This document shows, piece by piece, positions 27,068-36,525 of a DNA stretch of 38,652 bases (position 1 is its first letter; every line of letters starts with the position of its first letter). The notes under the pieces are model-generated. The model searched no databases. It saw nothing but the letters and a program-made list of their open reading frames with translations, and was not told the DNA's origin. A program made the translations under genes and the position numbers. Source of the stretch: a virus (taxonomy: Duplodnaviria > Heunggongvirae > Uroviricota > Caudoviricetes); the IMG/VR virus record IMGVR_UViG_2671180727_000010; one strand, 5' to 3'.

Positions 27068-27219
27068 TCCATCACATAAAAATCGCGTTTATATATTATC
27101 AATTTTCTCACTTGTATAACCTAAATACGCATCCGTTTATCAATCCACCTTCCACAAACATCAGCTTTAGCTATGAAAAATAACAATCTCAAAGTGAAAA
27201 CCATTATCATAGGAAACGA

Positions 27220-27405
27220 TTAGATGAGATGGTCTAATTCATCATCTATCATTGCTTTAACACTTGAGTCATTAACCCCGTATTGATTTATGAACCGTTT
27301 CAGCTCCGGTGAAAACTGAAGGTAGATATCGTGAGCGTTTTTCACTGTAGGTTCAACGCCACGCATTTCAAGCGCCTTTAGTAGATATGAGTCTTCTTTA
27401 AGCAT
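27220..27405 (-). CDS. Small hypothetical protein (61 aa)
   Basis: ORF-track entry only; no motif. Confidence 0.4.
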   Translation of the reverse strand: MLKEDSYLLKALEMRGVEPTVKNAHDIYLQFSPELKRFINQYGVNDSSVKAMIDDELDHLI

Positions 27406-27441
27406 AAATTCTCCGTTGTCTAGTATGAAGCGATTGCCGGA

Positions 27442-27741
27442 TTACCATTGCCAGCACTCTAGCCCTTCAACGACCGGTGCACCACAATCAAAATGTACAG
27501 AGTCAAAGCCTACATCAAGTACTTTCTGAATGTTCGCAATCGCGCCCTCGGATATACCATATCGACGCAACTCATCTTTCCAGTCATCGTCCTGTAACCC
27601 GGCGTGGACAATGCAACCGTACTCAATTTGTGAAACCCAATCCAGCTCATTGCTTGCGATCATGAATCGGCGAGCATCTTCCTCTGATGTATGAGATGAG
27701 CTGATCAATGCCACCTGGTAGGCTTGGGTAATGTTCAACAT
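27442..27741 (-). CDS. Small acidic protein (99 aa)
   Basis: ATG at 27741 with GGAG upstream (track ORF starts at a GTG at 27750); operator sites upstream. Confidence 0.45.
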   Translation of the reverse strand: MLNITQAYQVALISSSHTSEEDARRFMIASNELDWVSQIEYGCIVHAGLQDDDWKDELRRYGISEGAIANIQKVLDVGFDSVHFDCGAPVVEGLECWQW

Positions 27742-27753
27742 TTCAACCACTCC

Positions 27754-27819
27754 GAAACAATTTGTTTTCTTATGTGGCTTATTATCTCAATTAACAAAAG
27801 GCAGAAAACAAATTGTTTT
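27754..27819. promoter_or_regulatory. Two AAAACAA-N-TTGTTTT operator palindromes
   Basis: ~27754-27768 (GAAACAAtTTGTTTT) and ~27805-27819 (AAAACAAaTTGTTTT, perfect 7-1-7 dyad); -10-like GATAAT between them on the minus strand. Confidence 0.5.
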
Positions 27820-27857
27820 AGGGTATGCGTAAATCAGAAGGGATTGTGTCTATATGA

Positions 27858-27886
27858 AAATGCCCAGCGTGTTGCCGGGCATTGCG
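27858..27886 (-). terminator. Probable metG terminator
   Basis: Minus strand ATGCCCGGC-aacac-GCTGGGCAT then TTTCAT; one stem mismatch and a short U-tract. Confidence 0.45.
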
Positions 27887-27902
27887 AACAGAGGTTGTTT
27901 AA

Positions 27903-29936
27903 TTACTTAACCTGGTGGCCTGGTTTAGCACCAGCATCCGGGCTTAACAGGAAGATATCTTTCCCGCCGGGGCCAGCAGCCATCACCATGCCTTCGGAGA
28001 TACCGAAGCGCATTTTACGTGGTGCCAGGTTAGCCACCATAATGGTGTGACGACCAATCAGTGCCTGTGGATCTGGATAAGCGGAACGGATGCCTGAGAA
28101 GACATTACGCTTTTCACCACCGAGATCCAGCGTCAGACGAAGCAGTTTGTCAGAACCTTCTACAAACTCTGCGTTTTCAATCAGCGCCACGCGCAGGTCA
28201 ACTTTGGCGAAGTCGTCAAAGGTGATAGTTTCCTGAATCGGGTCGTCAGCCAGTGGGCCAGTTACCGGTGCGGCTGTGGCTTTCACTTCTTCTTTGGATG
28301 CTTCCACCAGTGCTTCAACCTGCTTCATATCGATGCGGTTATACAGTGCCTTGAACGGATTCACTTTATGGCCCAGCAGCGGTTGCTGGATACCATCCCA
28401 GGTCAGTTCTGTATTCAGGAATGCTTCTGCACGTTCAGTCAGTTTCGGCAGTACCGGCTTCAGGTACGTCATCAGCACGCGGAACAGGTTAATGCCCATA
28501 GAGCAAATCGCCTGCAGATCGGCATCGCGTCCTTCCTGCTTCGCCACCACCCACGGAGCCTGTTCATCGACATAGCGGTTAGCCAGGTCAGCCAATGCCA
28601 TGATTTCACGGATAGCTTTACCAAATTCGCGGCTTTCCCATGCTTCGCCAATCACTTCAGCGGCATCAGTAAAGGTTTTGTACAGTTGCGGGTCAGCCAG
28701 TTCGCTTGCCAGCACGCCGTCAAAACGCTTGTTGATAAAGCCTGCATTACGGGAGGCCAGGTTAACCACTTTGTTCACGATATCGGCATTCACGCGCTGA
28801 ACGAAATCCTCCAGGTTGAGATCGATATCATCAATGCGCGAAGAGAGTTTCGCAGTGTAGTAGTAACGCAGGCTGTCGGCGTCAAAATGATTCAGCCAGG
28901 TGCTGGCTTTAATAAAGGTGCCGCGAGACTTGGACATCTTCGCGCCGTTCACCGTCACATAGCCGTGAACAAACAGGTTGGTCGGCTTGCGGAAGTTGCT
29001 GCCTTCCAGCATGGCAGGCCAGAACAGGCTGTGGAAGTAAACAATATCTTTACCGATGAAGTGGTACAGCTCGGCGGTGGAGTCTTTCTTCCAGTATTCA
29101 TCGAAGCTGGTGGTATCGCCGCGCTTGTCGCACAGATTCTTGAAGGAACCCATGTAGCCAATCGGCGCGTCCAGCCAGACGTAGAAATATTTGCCCGGCG
29201 CGTTCGGAATTTCAAAACCGAAGTAAGGCGCATCTCGGGAGATATCCCACTGTTGCAGGCCGGATTCAAACCATTCCTGCATTTTGTTCGCCACCTGCTC
29301 CTGCAACGCGCCGCTGCGGGTCCATGCCTGCAACATTTCGCTGAAAGAAGGCAGATCAAAGAAGAAGTGTTCGGAATCACGCATTACCGGGGTAGCGCCA
29401 GAAACCACCGATTTCGGCTCGATCAATTCAGTCGGGCTATATGTTGCGCCGCAGACTTCACAGTTATCGCCGTATTGATCTGGCGCTTTACATTTCGGGC
29501 AGGTGCCTTTTACAAAACGATCCGGCAGGAACATGCCTTTTTCCGGGTCGTACAACTGAGAGATAGTGCGGTTTTTAATAAAACCGTTCTCTTTCAGGCG
29601 AGTATAGATAAGCTCAGACAACTGACGGTTCTCTTCGCTGTGCGTCGAGTGATAGTTGTCATAGCTGATGTTAAAGCCTGCGAAATCAGTCTGGTGTTCC
29701 TGACTCATTTCGCCAATCATCTTCTCCGGTGTGATACCAAGCTGCTGTGCTTTCAGCATGATCGGCGTACCGTGGGCATCGTCGGCACAGATGAAATTAA
29801 CCTCGTGGCCGCGCATTCGCTGGTAACGAACCCAGACATCAGCCTGGATGTGCTCCAGCATATGGCCGAGGTGGATTGAGCCGTTAGCGTACGGCAGCGC
29901 GCACGTCACCAGAATTTTCTTCGCGACTTGGGTCAT
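27903..29936 (-). CDS. metG: Methionine--tRNA ligase
   Basis: 677 aa from [28 protein letters not shown] (HIGH motif) with KMSKS; matches my recollection of Escherichia MetG almost throughout; the track ORF starts 43 codons upstream at an out-of-context ATG. Confidence 0.97.
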   Translation of the reverse strand: MTQVAKKILVTCALPYANGSIHLGHMLEHIQADVWVRYQRMRGHEVNFICADDAHGTPIMLKAQQLGITPEKMIGEMSQEHQTDFAGFNISYDNYHSTHSEENRQLSELIYTRLKENGFIKNRTISQLYDPEKGMFLPDRFVKGTCPKCKAPDQYGDNCEVCGATYSPTELIEPKSVVSGATPVMRDSEHFFFDLPSFSEMLQAWTRSGALQEQVANKMQEWFESGLQQWDISRDAPYFGFEIPNAPGKYFYVWLDAPIGYMGSFKNLCDKRGDTTSFDEYWKKDSTAELYHFIGKDIVYFHSLFWPAMLEGSNFRKPTNLFVHGYVTVNGAKMSKSRGTFIKASTWLNHFDADSLRYYYTAKLSSRIDDIDLNLEDFVQRVNADIVNKVVNLASRNAGFINKRFDGVLASELADPQLYKTFTDAAEVIGEAWESREFGKAIREIMALADLANRYVDEQAPWVVAKQEGRDADLQAICSMGINLFRVLMTYLKPVLPKLTERAEAFLNTELTWDGIQQPLLGHKVNPFKALYNRIDMKQVEALVEASKEEVKATAAPVTGPLADDPIQETITFDDFAKVDLRVALIENAEFVEGSDKLLRLTLDLGGEKRNVFSGIRSAYPDPQALIGRHTIMVANLAPRKMRFGISEGMVMAAGPGGKDIFLLSPDAGAKPGHQVK

Positions 29937-30093
29937 AGTAGGCATTACTTCTTTGTAGTGAAAAGGGGCTTGATAGTAACAAAATGGCCTTATGTCTGCC
30001 ATGTGATAACAGCATTTCTCATAAATGATTAAATGTCGTAGCTGGAGTACACTACAAGGCGACAATTGCGCAAATTAAAATAAAGGAGACGGG

Positions 30094-31194
30094 ATGAGCG
30101 AGTCCAAATCGCCGGATGCCCTGAGAGCAATGGTAGCCGGTACGCTGGCTAATTTTCAGCACCCAACCCTGAAACACAACCTGACTACGCTTAAAGCGTT
30201 ACACCATGTTGCGTTGATGGATGACACACTGCATGTCGAACTAATCATGCCTTTCGTGTGGAATAAGCCTTTTGAAGACCTGAAAGAGCAATGTAGTGGT
30301 GATCTGCTCCGTATCACTGGCGCAAAGGCTATTGACTGGAAGCTGTCGTACAACATTGCCACGCTTAAGCGCGTCAAAAACCAACCAGGCATTAATGGCG
30401 TTAAGAACATTATCGCCGTCAGCTCAGGCAAGGGCGGCGTGGGTAAATCCTCCACGGCGGTAAACCTGGCACTGGCGTTGGCTGCTGAAGGTGCGAAAGT
30501 TGGTATTTTGGATGCCGATATCTATGGTCCATCAATTCCAACCATGCTGGGCGCGGAAAACCAACGTCCAACCTCACCTGACGGTACTCACATGGCACCT
30601 ATCATGTCTCATGGCCTGGCAACCAACTCTATTGGTTATCTGGTCACCGACGACAATGCAATGGTGTGGCGTGGACCGATGGCCAGCAAGGCGCTGATGC
30701 AGATGTTGCAGGAAACTCTATGGCCTGATCTGGACTATCTCGTTCTCGATATGCCGCCGGGCACTGGTGATATTCAGTTGACGCTGGCGCAGAACATTCC
30801 TGTAACTGGTGCGGTTGTGGTAACTACGCCGCAAGACATCGCGCTGATCGATGCGAAGAAAGGCATTGTGATGTTCGAAAAAGTCGAAGTGCCGGTACTG
30901 GGTATCGTCGAAAACATGAGTGTGCATATTTGCAGTAACTGCGGTCATCACGAGCCAATTTTTGGCACCGGTGGCGCACAGAAACTGGCCGAGAAATACA
31001 ACACGCAGTTGTTAGGCCAAATGCCACTTCATATCTCTCTTCGTGAAGATCTGGATAACGGAACACCAACCGTTATTAGTCGTCCAGATAGCGAATTTAC
31101 GGCTATTTATCGTGACCTCGCAGATCGCGTTGCCGCCCAAATGTATTGGCAAGGTGAAGTAATACCTGGCGAAATCGCATTCCGCGCAGTGTGA
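30094..31194 (+). CDS. apbC: Fe-S cluster carrier ATPase ApbC/Mrp
   Basis: P-loop SGKGGVGKSSTAVNLA; CxxC motif (CSNCGHH); divergent from metG as in Escherichia; the true start may differ from the track start by a few codons. Confidence 0.93.
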   Translation: MSESKSPDALRAMVAGTLANFQHPTLKHNLTTLKALHHVALMDDTLHVELIMPFVWNKPFEDLKEQCSGDLLRITGAKAIDWKLSYNIATLKRVKNQPGINGVKNIIAVSSGKGGVGKSSTAVNLALALAAEGAKVGILDADIYGPSIPTMLGAENQRPTSPDGTHMAPIMSHGLATNSIGYLVTDDNAMVWRGPMASKALMQMLQETLWPDLDYLVLDMPPGTGDIQLTLAQNIPVTGAVVVTTPQDIALIDAKKGIVMFEKVEVPVLGIVENMSVHICSNCGHHEPIFGTGGAQKLAEKYNTQLLGQMPLHISLREDLDNGTPTVISRPDSEFTAIYRDLADRVAAQMYWQGEVIPGEIAFRAV

Positions 31195-31220
31195 TAAAAA
31201 GGCGGTGCATTGCACCGCCT
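31195..31220. terminator. Hairpin between apbC and the convergent UmuD'-like gene (likely terminator for the minus-strand gene)
   Basis: GGCGGTGCA-t-TGCACCGCC; on the minus strand it is followed by TTTTTAT. Confidence 0.5.
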
Positions 31221-31231
31221 AATCAGTTCTC

Positions 31232-31621
31232 CTACATCACGGGACAATCATCAAACTCGCCACTTCTTGCGTCGTTGATAATGTGAGTGATCACACCAAA
31301 CACGGCATTGCTGCCCGTGCATCCATCGTCATCCTTTGGCAATGCTTCCTTCTTACCGGTTCTTAAATCCTCCAGATGCTGACGTGGGTACTTCCGGTAT
31401 CTTTTTACGCGATATTCCCCATCCAGAGCGCATACAAGCAGAGAACCATCAACCGGGGTAAGTGAGGAATCGACCACCAGCAATGCACCCTGTAATATTC
31501 CCTCACGATGATGACTATCAGCTGCCCTCATGAAGTAGGTCGCTGAAGGATGTCTAATTATCTGCTGATCAAGAGAAATACGGCTCTCAGCATAATCCGC
31601 CGCAGGAGAAGGGAAGCCCAT
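31232..31621 (-). CDS. UmuD'-like S24 peptidase-fold protein, genetically pre-truncated (begins at the residue equivalent to the UmuD cleavage product)
   Basis: MGFPSPAADYAESRISLDQQIIRHPSATYF... aligns with UmuD from its Cys24-Gly25 cleavage site onward (my recollection of UmuD); the GDSM Ser motif is replaced by ADSHH; RBS AAGAGG; LexA box immediately upstream; no umuC-like gene adjacent. Confidence 0.75.
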   Translation of the reverse strand: MGFPSPAADYAESRISLDQQIIRHPSATYFMRAADSHHREGILQGALLVVDSSLTPVDGSLLVCALDGEYRVKRYRKYPRQHLEDLRTGKKEALPKDDDGCTGSNAVFGVITHIINDARSGEFDDCPVM

Positions 31622-31637
31622 AATACTCGCCTCTTAA

Positions 31638-31657
31638 TACTGTATATACATACAGTA
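31638..31657. promoter_or_regulatory. LexA (SOS) box TACTGTATATACATACAGTA
   Basis: 19 of 20 match to the E. coli consensus TACTGTATATATATACAGTA (CTGT-N8-ACAG); lies between the promoter and the RBS of the UmuD'-like gene. Confidence 0.8.
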
Positions 31658-31952
31658 TATGTTGAAGCTATATATTTTTGAACTCTATCTCTTAAAAAAG
31701 ATGTTAATAAGATGCTAACTATTGAAAGGCATAAATATATACAATTCCAACAAACGTTATTTTTAACAAATTTTTTCTCTCTGTTGACTTTTGCGAAAGC
31801 CTTGTCTGGCCTAAATTGCGCGGAAGCTACTTTTTCCTTCCTGAGTTATCCACAGAGTTATGCACTTGCATGCATAACCTATACACACTATCTTAATTCG
31901 CAAGACACTGATGTTGCGGTATTGAAGGTTCATTGGGTTAAAAATAGACATT

Positions 31953-31985
31953 AAAAAGCCCAGTTGACTAGGCTGGGCTTTTTAA
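31953..31985. terminator. Bidirectional-looking terminator hairpin
   Basis: AAAAAGCCCAG-ttgacta-CTGGGCTTTTT (A-tract before, T-tract after). Confidence 0.5.
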
Positions 31986-32017
31986 AAGGAAACAGAGTTT
32001 GCGGCTCTGTTCCTGAG

Positions 32018-32036
32018 CCATAAGTATCTGGCGACT
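32018..32036. repeat. 19-bp direct repeat CC(A/G)TAAGTATCTGGCGACT, copy 1
   Basis: 18 of 19 identical to the copy at 32191-32209; contains the GTAAGTAT half-site of the palindromic operator. Confidence 0.6.
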
Positions 32037-32190
32037 GAATTAAGATTAACCGAATGTACTGGATTCATCAAGAAACGTTGAGTGGTCATACCAGGTAATA
32101 ATGACCATTTACTAAACATCGTTGTTCTCAAAGAAGATTTAAGTCCAGGTTTTTGGTGACTCTAAAACCTTACCTTAACTCGAAATCGTG

Positions 32191-32209
32191 CCGTAAGTAT
32201 CTGGCGACT
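32191..32209. repeat. 19-bp direct repeat, copy 2
   Basis: See copy 1; the intervening ~154 bp contain the inverted repeat TGGTCAT...ATGACCA. Confidence 0.6.
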
Positions 32210-32283
32210 ACAGATATTGCAACTGCAAAGGCAAGCCCAAAGGTATTTGCAGCTAGGCGCGATAAAACTAAGTGAGGCCTGTT

Positions 32284-32367
32284 ATGGTTAACTTACTGTT
32301 CAAAATCGTGCCGCCGATGTTCGCGATTATCAAAGCGATCATTGAGTACGTAAACCAGCGTCCATAA
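32284..32367 (+). CDS. Possible 27-aa hydrophobic peptide (MVNLLFKIVPPMFAIIKAIIEYVNQRP)
   Basis: GTGAGG 6 nt upstream of the ATG; hairpin terminator directly downstream; below the ORF-track cut-off; hand-translated. Confidence 0.35.
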   Translation: MVNLLFKIVPPMFAIIKAIIEYVNQRP

Positions 32368-32380
32368 CGCTAGTTGCTAC

Positions 32381-32405
32381 AGGCCCCATCAAGAGCATGG
32401 GGCCT
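32381..32405 (+). terminator. Hairpin after the small ORF
   Basis: AGGCCCCAT-caagagc-ATGGGGCCT followed by CTTTATCG (weak U-tract). Confidence 0.45.
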
Positions 32406-32422
32406 CTTTATCGTACTATTGC

Positions 32423-33049
32423 TTATTTTTTACGGACTGAGTTGTTCACTGCTCTGGCAATTTTCTCCCGCAATTGCTGCGTTCCGTGGTACTGAACCGC
32501 AATATCCCGCAACTCGTTCACCAGTTCTCTAATCTGGTGATCTTTAAGCTCATTATTTGGGTGATGGGCAACAACTCTGGTTAATTCACCCTTGTCTTTT
32601 GCTCTTACGTATGCAGCTCTTGTGCATTCGACCCATGTATTACCGCCTACATTAACTTCGTAGATTAGGCTGGACTTATCTGTCAATTCGGAACAAATAC
32701 GGGCCGTGGTCTGGCAACTAGAGCATTCGCAGTTATCGCGGAAACCGTGATCTACCGGTCGAGAAAGAGGTTTAACTTTTTCATCCAACTTCATCACAGC
32801 ATCGTGATAAGCGTTCCAGCCGTCATCTTTACCAAGTTGATAAATCTCTGAAGGCTCCATGTAGTCTATATCGCAACCTTCTTCATCCGATCTATCTGGT
32901 CGCTTCCCTGGTAATCGCTCATAAAAACGATTTCTGTCTCGACGTTCGGCTCTCAGTGCTAACGCAAGAAGTTGCTCAAGCGAGGTATTTGCACCAGCAA
33001 TAATTTCATTGAGAATATCTTCTGTGAGATCTTTCGCTACCGTGCTCAT
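32423..33049 (-). CDS. Hypothetical phage early-region protein (208 aa)
   Basis: ORF with stop/start overlap to the upstream gene; part of a co-directional coupled gene array. Confidence 0.55.
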   Translation of the reverse strand: MSTVAKDLTEDILNEIIAGANTSLEQLLALALRAERRDRNRFYERLPGKRPDRSDEEGCDIDYMEPSEIYQLGKDDGWNAYHDAVMKLDEKVKPLSRPVDHGFRDNCECSSCQTTARICSELTDKSSLIYEVNVGGNTWVECTRAAYVRAKDKGELTRVVAHHPNNELKDHQIRELVNELRDIAVQYHGTQQLREKIARAVNNSVRKK

Positions 33050-33429
33050 TTATCTCTCTCAGTATGTTGCGATGGCGTAAATTTGACGACATCAAATATT
33101 TTGGATGGCATCAACTTTATCCGCGAGCTTAGTTCGACTCTTCTCTGTAATGCGGTTAATAATGTTTTCGTTCTGACGCCTTCGTGTATCCTCATCCCTG
33201 GCACAAGAACTACATCGCAGGGGAGATGCTCAGGTGACAAATCATTTTGGGCATCGCTAATCAGTCGTGTAATCTCTCTTTCAAGCCGACCGCCTAGCTC
33301 TGTTTTAGTGCAATGTTCTGACCAATCGCCAGCCTCAAGCAGCGCGAGAATGCTTAAAATATCGTCCAATAGATCAGTGGTATTATCGACTTCCTTCTGA
33401 AACTCACCGGCTACTGATTTATGCATCAT
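33046..33429 (-). CDS. Hypothetical phage early-region protein (127 aa)
   Basis: Four-base overlaps with both neighbours. Confidence 0.5.
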   Translation of the reverse strand: MMHKSVAGEFQKEVDNTTDLLDDILSILALLEAGDWSEHCTKTELGGRLEREITRLISDAQNDLSPEHLPCDVVLVPGMRIHEGVRTKTLLTALQRRVELSSRIKLMPSKIFDVVKFTPSQHTERDK

Positions 33430-34079
33430 TCGTCATCCTCATCCGAGTCATCCTCATTACAGGATGAGAGTAGTGGGTTAGTCATTCGCCCTACTTGAGT
33501 GGCGTAGCCACGCCGACAGAGATTGCGCAGCACACTGTATATTTCGAACATCTCGGTTCGTTCATCGCCAACATCAAGCTCAGATGCTATAGCGTGGCAT
33601 TCAGTCGCGAGAGCCGATATTTTCTGAAATAACTCTGCATTATTCACTGTTCGACTCCTGCGGCGTTCTGGTAGTGGCATCCAGTGTGTGACATTGCTAA
33701 TCAGACCATATTCATTAGTTTGAGGATGGTTGCCGTTATCGTCTCCGTATTTAAGACTCTCCATAAAGCCATAATGCCTATCACCATTAACACTCACAAA
33801 GCCATAATAAGCAGGTATAACGCCGATCTCACACGTAACCAGTAAAGGAAAACTAGTTCTCCAATTTAGCTCGCCAATTACAGGCATTCGCTCACTACAG
33901 CTTATCCAACCATCCTTAGATGCGGCTGTATTGGCATAGGCCTTACGGTGCTTCTGTAGCTCTGCTGCAATCGCTCTCACGACTTCAACTGGTGCCCTTG
34001 CAGCAAACTCAATGTTGGTGATCAGCTCATTAAGATATTTCTCGCTTGGGTAGCATTTCTTATTGTTAACGGTGGTCAT
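33426..34079 (-). CDS. DUF551-like phage protein
   Basis: Contains THWMPLPE, which I recall as the hallmark of the DUF551 family; acidic C-terminal tail; unverified. Confidence 0.45.
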   Translation of the reverse strand: MTTVNNKKCYPSEKYLNELITNIEFAARAPVEVVRAIAAELQKHRKAYANTAASKDGWISCSERMPVIGELNWRTSFPLLVTCEIGVIPAYYGFVSVNGDRHYGFMESLKYGDDNGNHPQTNEYGLISNVTHWMPLPERRRSRTVNNAELFQKISALATECHAIASELDVGDERTEMFEIYSVLRNLCRRGYATQVGRMTNPLLSSCNEDDSDEDDE

Positions 34080-34264
34080 TAGGCAGCTCTCTCAACAACA
34101 AGCAATTCGTCGTAGTCATAATCAGTTTCGGAACCATCCGTACCGAACAGAGTCACTTTGTCATTTTCCATCCAAAAAGATTTAACCGCACATTGTTGAC
34201 CTTTAGATGTTATGAGCACATCACCAGGGATTACGTCTTCAGCGCGAACCTCTAGTGTTCTCAT
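34079..34264 (-). CDS. Small hypothetical protein (61 aa)
   Basis: Coupled ORF. Confidence 0.4.
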   Translation of the reverse strand: MRTLEVRAEDVIPGDVLITSKGQQCAVKSFWMENDKVTLFGTDGSETDYDYDELLVVERAA

Positions 34265-34791
34265 CGTGCTGCCCCCTCTTTGGTGAAAATGCCTGCTGCA
34301 ATGCTGTTTATGATGCTGTCAGTGCATGGAGTAGAAAGCTGGGCATCTCCAGCAATTTTCATGACCTCAACATCCGCATATCGAATACCGAGGTGTATCA
34401 GACCGGCTATACCTGACTTAAGTCGAACATTTTCCATAAACAGATCTTTTTCCCGCTGTTTAGCGGCTTCCAACTCCATCGACAATTTTTCCAACTGCTC
34501 TTTATGCTTCTTGTATTCCTGATACGCGTGCCAAGACTGACCTTTGCGCACACTATCAGCGATATCAGCAACCTGCTCTGGTGTTAGCGTGGTCAGTGGC
34601 TGTGATGGAAAAATCATCACTTGCCCGGCATCCCAATCAAAACCCGCCTGAATTGACTGAACCTCAACTGATGGTGTTGAACCGATGCGACCAGGCGAAT
34701 GAACAACGATCGTTACATCCATATCGCGACGATGGCTGTGGTTGTTGGACAAAATACGATTCACCAACTCAGAAAATTTGGATAATTTCAT
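34261..34791 (-). CDS. Hypothetical phage early protein (176 aa)
   Basis: ATG at 34791 overlaps the upstream stop as ATGA ([14 protein letters not shown]...); the track ORF extends to 34920 through the upstream gene. Confidence 0.5.
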   Translation of the reverse strand: MKLSKFSELVNRILSNNHSHRRDMDVTIVVHSPGRIGSTPSVEVQSIQAGFDWDAGQVMIFPSQPLTTLTPEQVADIADSVRKGQSWHAYQEYKKHKEQLEKLSMELEAAKQREKDLFMENVRLKSGIAGLIHLGIRYADVEVMKIAGDAQLSTPCTDSIINSIAAGIFTKEGAAR

Positions 34792-35111
34792 GCTGATCTC
34801 TCTTTCTCTCCCCGGATAATTCTGTTGCACACATCCACACACTCGTCGCAGATGAAAACGGCGTCCCCAGCAATTAACTTTTTGACGGCGTACTGGGATT
34901 TGTTGCAGAAGCTGCAACAAAGTGTTCGCCTGACTGATAAGGATGGAGCGCCAGATGTCAGCCGCTCCATATCGTTCTTGCGACGCAATATCACACGGCT
35001 GAACTCAACCAGTTTCTCCGGGGATATCTCCTCCTCCGTAGCGAGCGTCTCTAGTCGTTCGAGTATGTTGAAGGCTTTTTCTTGGGTAATAGCAGAGTGC
35101 GATGTGGTCAT
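34788..35111 (-). CDS. Phage protein with a C-terminal ClpX-type C4 zinc-binding domain
   Basis: [34 protein letters not shown] closely matches the ClpX N-terminal zinc-binding domain as I recall it ([34 protein letters not shown]). Confidence 0.65.
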   Translation of the reverse strand: MTTSHSAITQEKAFNILERLETLATEEEISPEKLVEFSRVILRRKNDMERLTSGAPSLSVRRTLCCSFCNKSQYAVKKLIAGDAVFICDECVDVCNRIIRGEKERSA

Positions 35112-35509
35112 TTTCTTTCACCTTCAATGTTCGTGGCGCTGGCAAGATTGTCCTTGCGAAGAAGAGCGGCTATGCGCTTACTTCCATCCGAGATAACGCC
35201 CTCGTAATACTCACGCTGCTCGTTGAGTTTTGATTTTGCCAACTCCAGTTGTTTTGTTAGTTCCGCAATACGGCAAACATCGTTGATACGCGTTTCCTCT
35301 AATGCGTTGATCTCATCCAGTAGTGCCAGCACGGTTTCTGGTCCGGCCAGAAATTTGAAGGCGTTGAGGGCATCAATATCAACACCGCTATCTTTAAGTT
35401 CCTGTTCGCATATCAGATCATCATCAACTGGCAACATTAACAGGCGTTCCATTGCCGGAATTGCACGCTCTGCCGCCTCACGCAGTGCCTGATAGTCAAT
35501 CTTGCTCAC
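35108..35509 (-). CDS. Hypothetical phage early protein (133 aa), ea22-type context
   Basis: Coupled ORF; helical, charged. Confidence 0.45.
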   Translation of the reverse strand: MSKIDYQALREAAERAIPAMERLLMLPVDDDLICEQELKDSGVDIDALNAFKFLAGPETVLALLDEINALEETRINDVCRIAELTKQLELAKSKLNEQREYYEGVISDGSKRIAALLRKDNLASATNIEGERK

Positions 35510-36006
35510 TGGATGACTCCTTTACGAAGCTGTTCAGCAATACTTACGCATATCTCTGCGCCTCTAATCAGCCCCGGAACGTTCTTGTTTGGCCCAACTT
35601 CACCATCAACAAAATCAATCATCGCGTTACGAGCCATATCCACGCCCTGCGCACGTACTTCAGCCAGAAAAGCATCGGTGGCTGGAGTCTCCGTTAATTC
35701 GCTAACCCAATTATCTCCGTGTTCCTCGGCACACATCGCATCGAATGCTCGCTCAGATTCTTTCAGGGCTGCATTCTCCGCCGCTAATGCGTCTCTCTGC
35801 GCCCGCAACTTCTCAATTTCAGCAGCCATGTAGTAACCAACCATAGCGAAGACGGCAAAAGAGTTGTCTGCCTCATCAGGCGACACTGAGGCCATTAGCA
35901 GGCCATCGTAAAAATCGTGACTCCCATTGGTGATCGCCACCGCATAGGAGTCGTGGTTCTCGCGCTTGTGAATGAGAACTACGGGATTTTCGATTTTGTT
36001 ACTCAT
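35506..36006 (-). CDS. Hypothetical phage early protein (166 aa) with a central coiled-coil
   Basis: EIEKLRAQRDALAAENAALKESERAFDAM segment; own promoter region with operator-like motif at ~36075-36095. Confidence 0.45.
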   Translation of the reverse strand: MSNKIENPVVLIHKRENHDSYAVAITNGSHDFYDGLLMASVSPDEADNSFAVFAMVGYYMAAEIEKLRAQRDALAAENAALKESERAFDAMCAEEHGDNWVSELTETPATDAFLAEVRAQGVDMARNAMIDFVDGEVGPNKNVPGLIRGAEICVSIAEQLRKGVIQ

Positions 36007-36144
36007 GTGTTTTTCTCTTCTTTGCTGTTACATAAGCACTACCAAGTGCTGGTTTATTTTCACAAATAAGAAAATGTAGAAAACAATTTATTTAAGGCCA
36101 TAAGTTATGGCCTTTATTTATTCATGCAGAAGGATTTGTAGCGT

Positions 36145-36525
36145 CTAATTGCCGGATAAAATGGGGTGAGGTGCTTGCCAGTAGGCTCCACCGGTCCATG
36201 TGAACCCCATGCGAATAAGAGTGTTTATTGCGGCTTTGGTAGACTCCGATTCGACACTGGCTTTTCGAAACTCTTGAACCTCTTTCGCCAACTTGTATGT
36301 AATTGTGCAGGGGACGATTGCAGCCCAGCCTTTCTCATGACTGTTAATGACCATCTGGATGTGACCATCCAGAATAGGTTGATTAGGCATGTTATTGAAA
36401 ATGTCTGCCTGTTTTTGAATGTGAAGAAAAAGCCTTGCCAGCTCCATTTGCTCACTACGAGACAAGGGATTATCAAGAGGGCTTTTTGCAAAAGCGGCTA
36501 CACGCTGTGCGTCAATGCCAAACAT
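36145..36525 (-). CDS. Hypothetical protein (126 aa)
   Basis: Coupled to the upstream gene (shared stop/start at 36525). Confidence 0.45.
   Translation of the reverse strand: MFGIDAQRVAAFAKSPLDNPLSRSEQMELARLFLHIQKQADIFNNMPNQPILDGHIQMVINSHEKGWAAIVPCTITYKLAKEVQEFRKASVESESTKAAINTLIRMGFTWTGGAYWQAPHPILSGN

Noticed and set aside
28276-29879. Plus-strand ORFs inside metG (28276..28575, 28368..29879 at 503 aa, 28600..28800) and minus-strand out-of-frame ORF 28955..29380
   Set aside because: Antisense or out of frame relative to a highly confident metG; no RBS context; composition consistent with a shadow ORF.
30156-31215. Minus-strand ORFs within apbC (30156..30455, 30718..30951, 30824..31069, 31012..31215)
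   Set aside because: Overlap apbC on the opposite strand; no independent support.
31712-31954. Plus-strand ORF of 80 aa between the UmuD'-like gene and the downstream terminator
   Set aside because: No Shine-Dalgarno sequence and an AT-rich, hairpin-containing context; more likely promoter or small-RNA sequence than a protein gene. A small transcript here remains possible.
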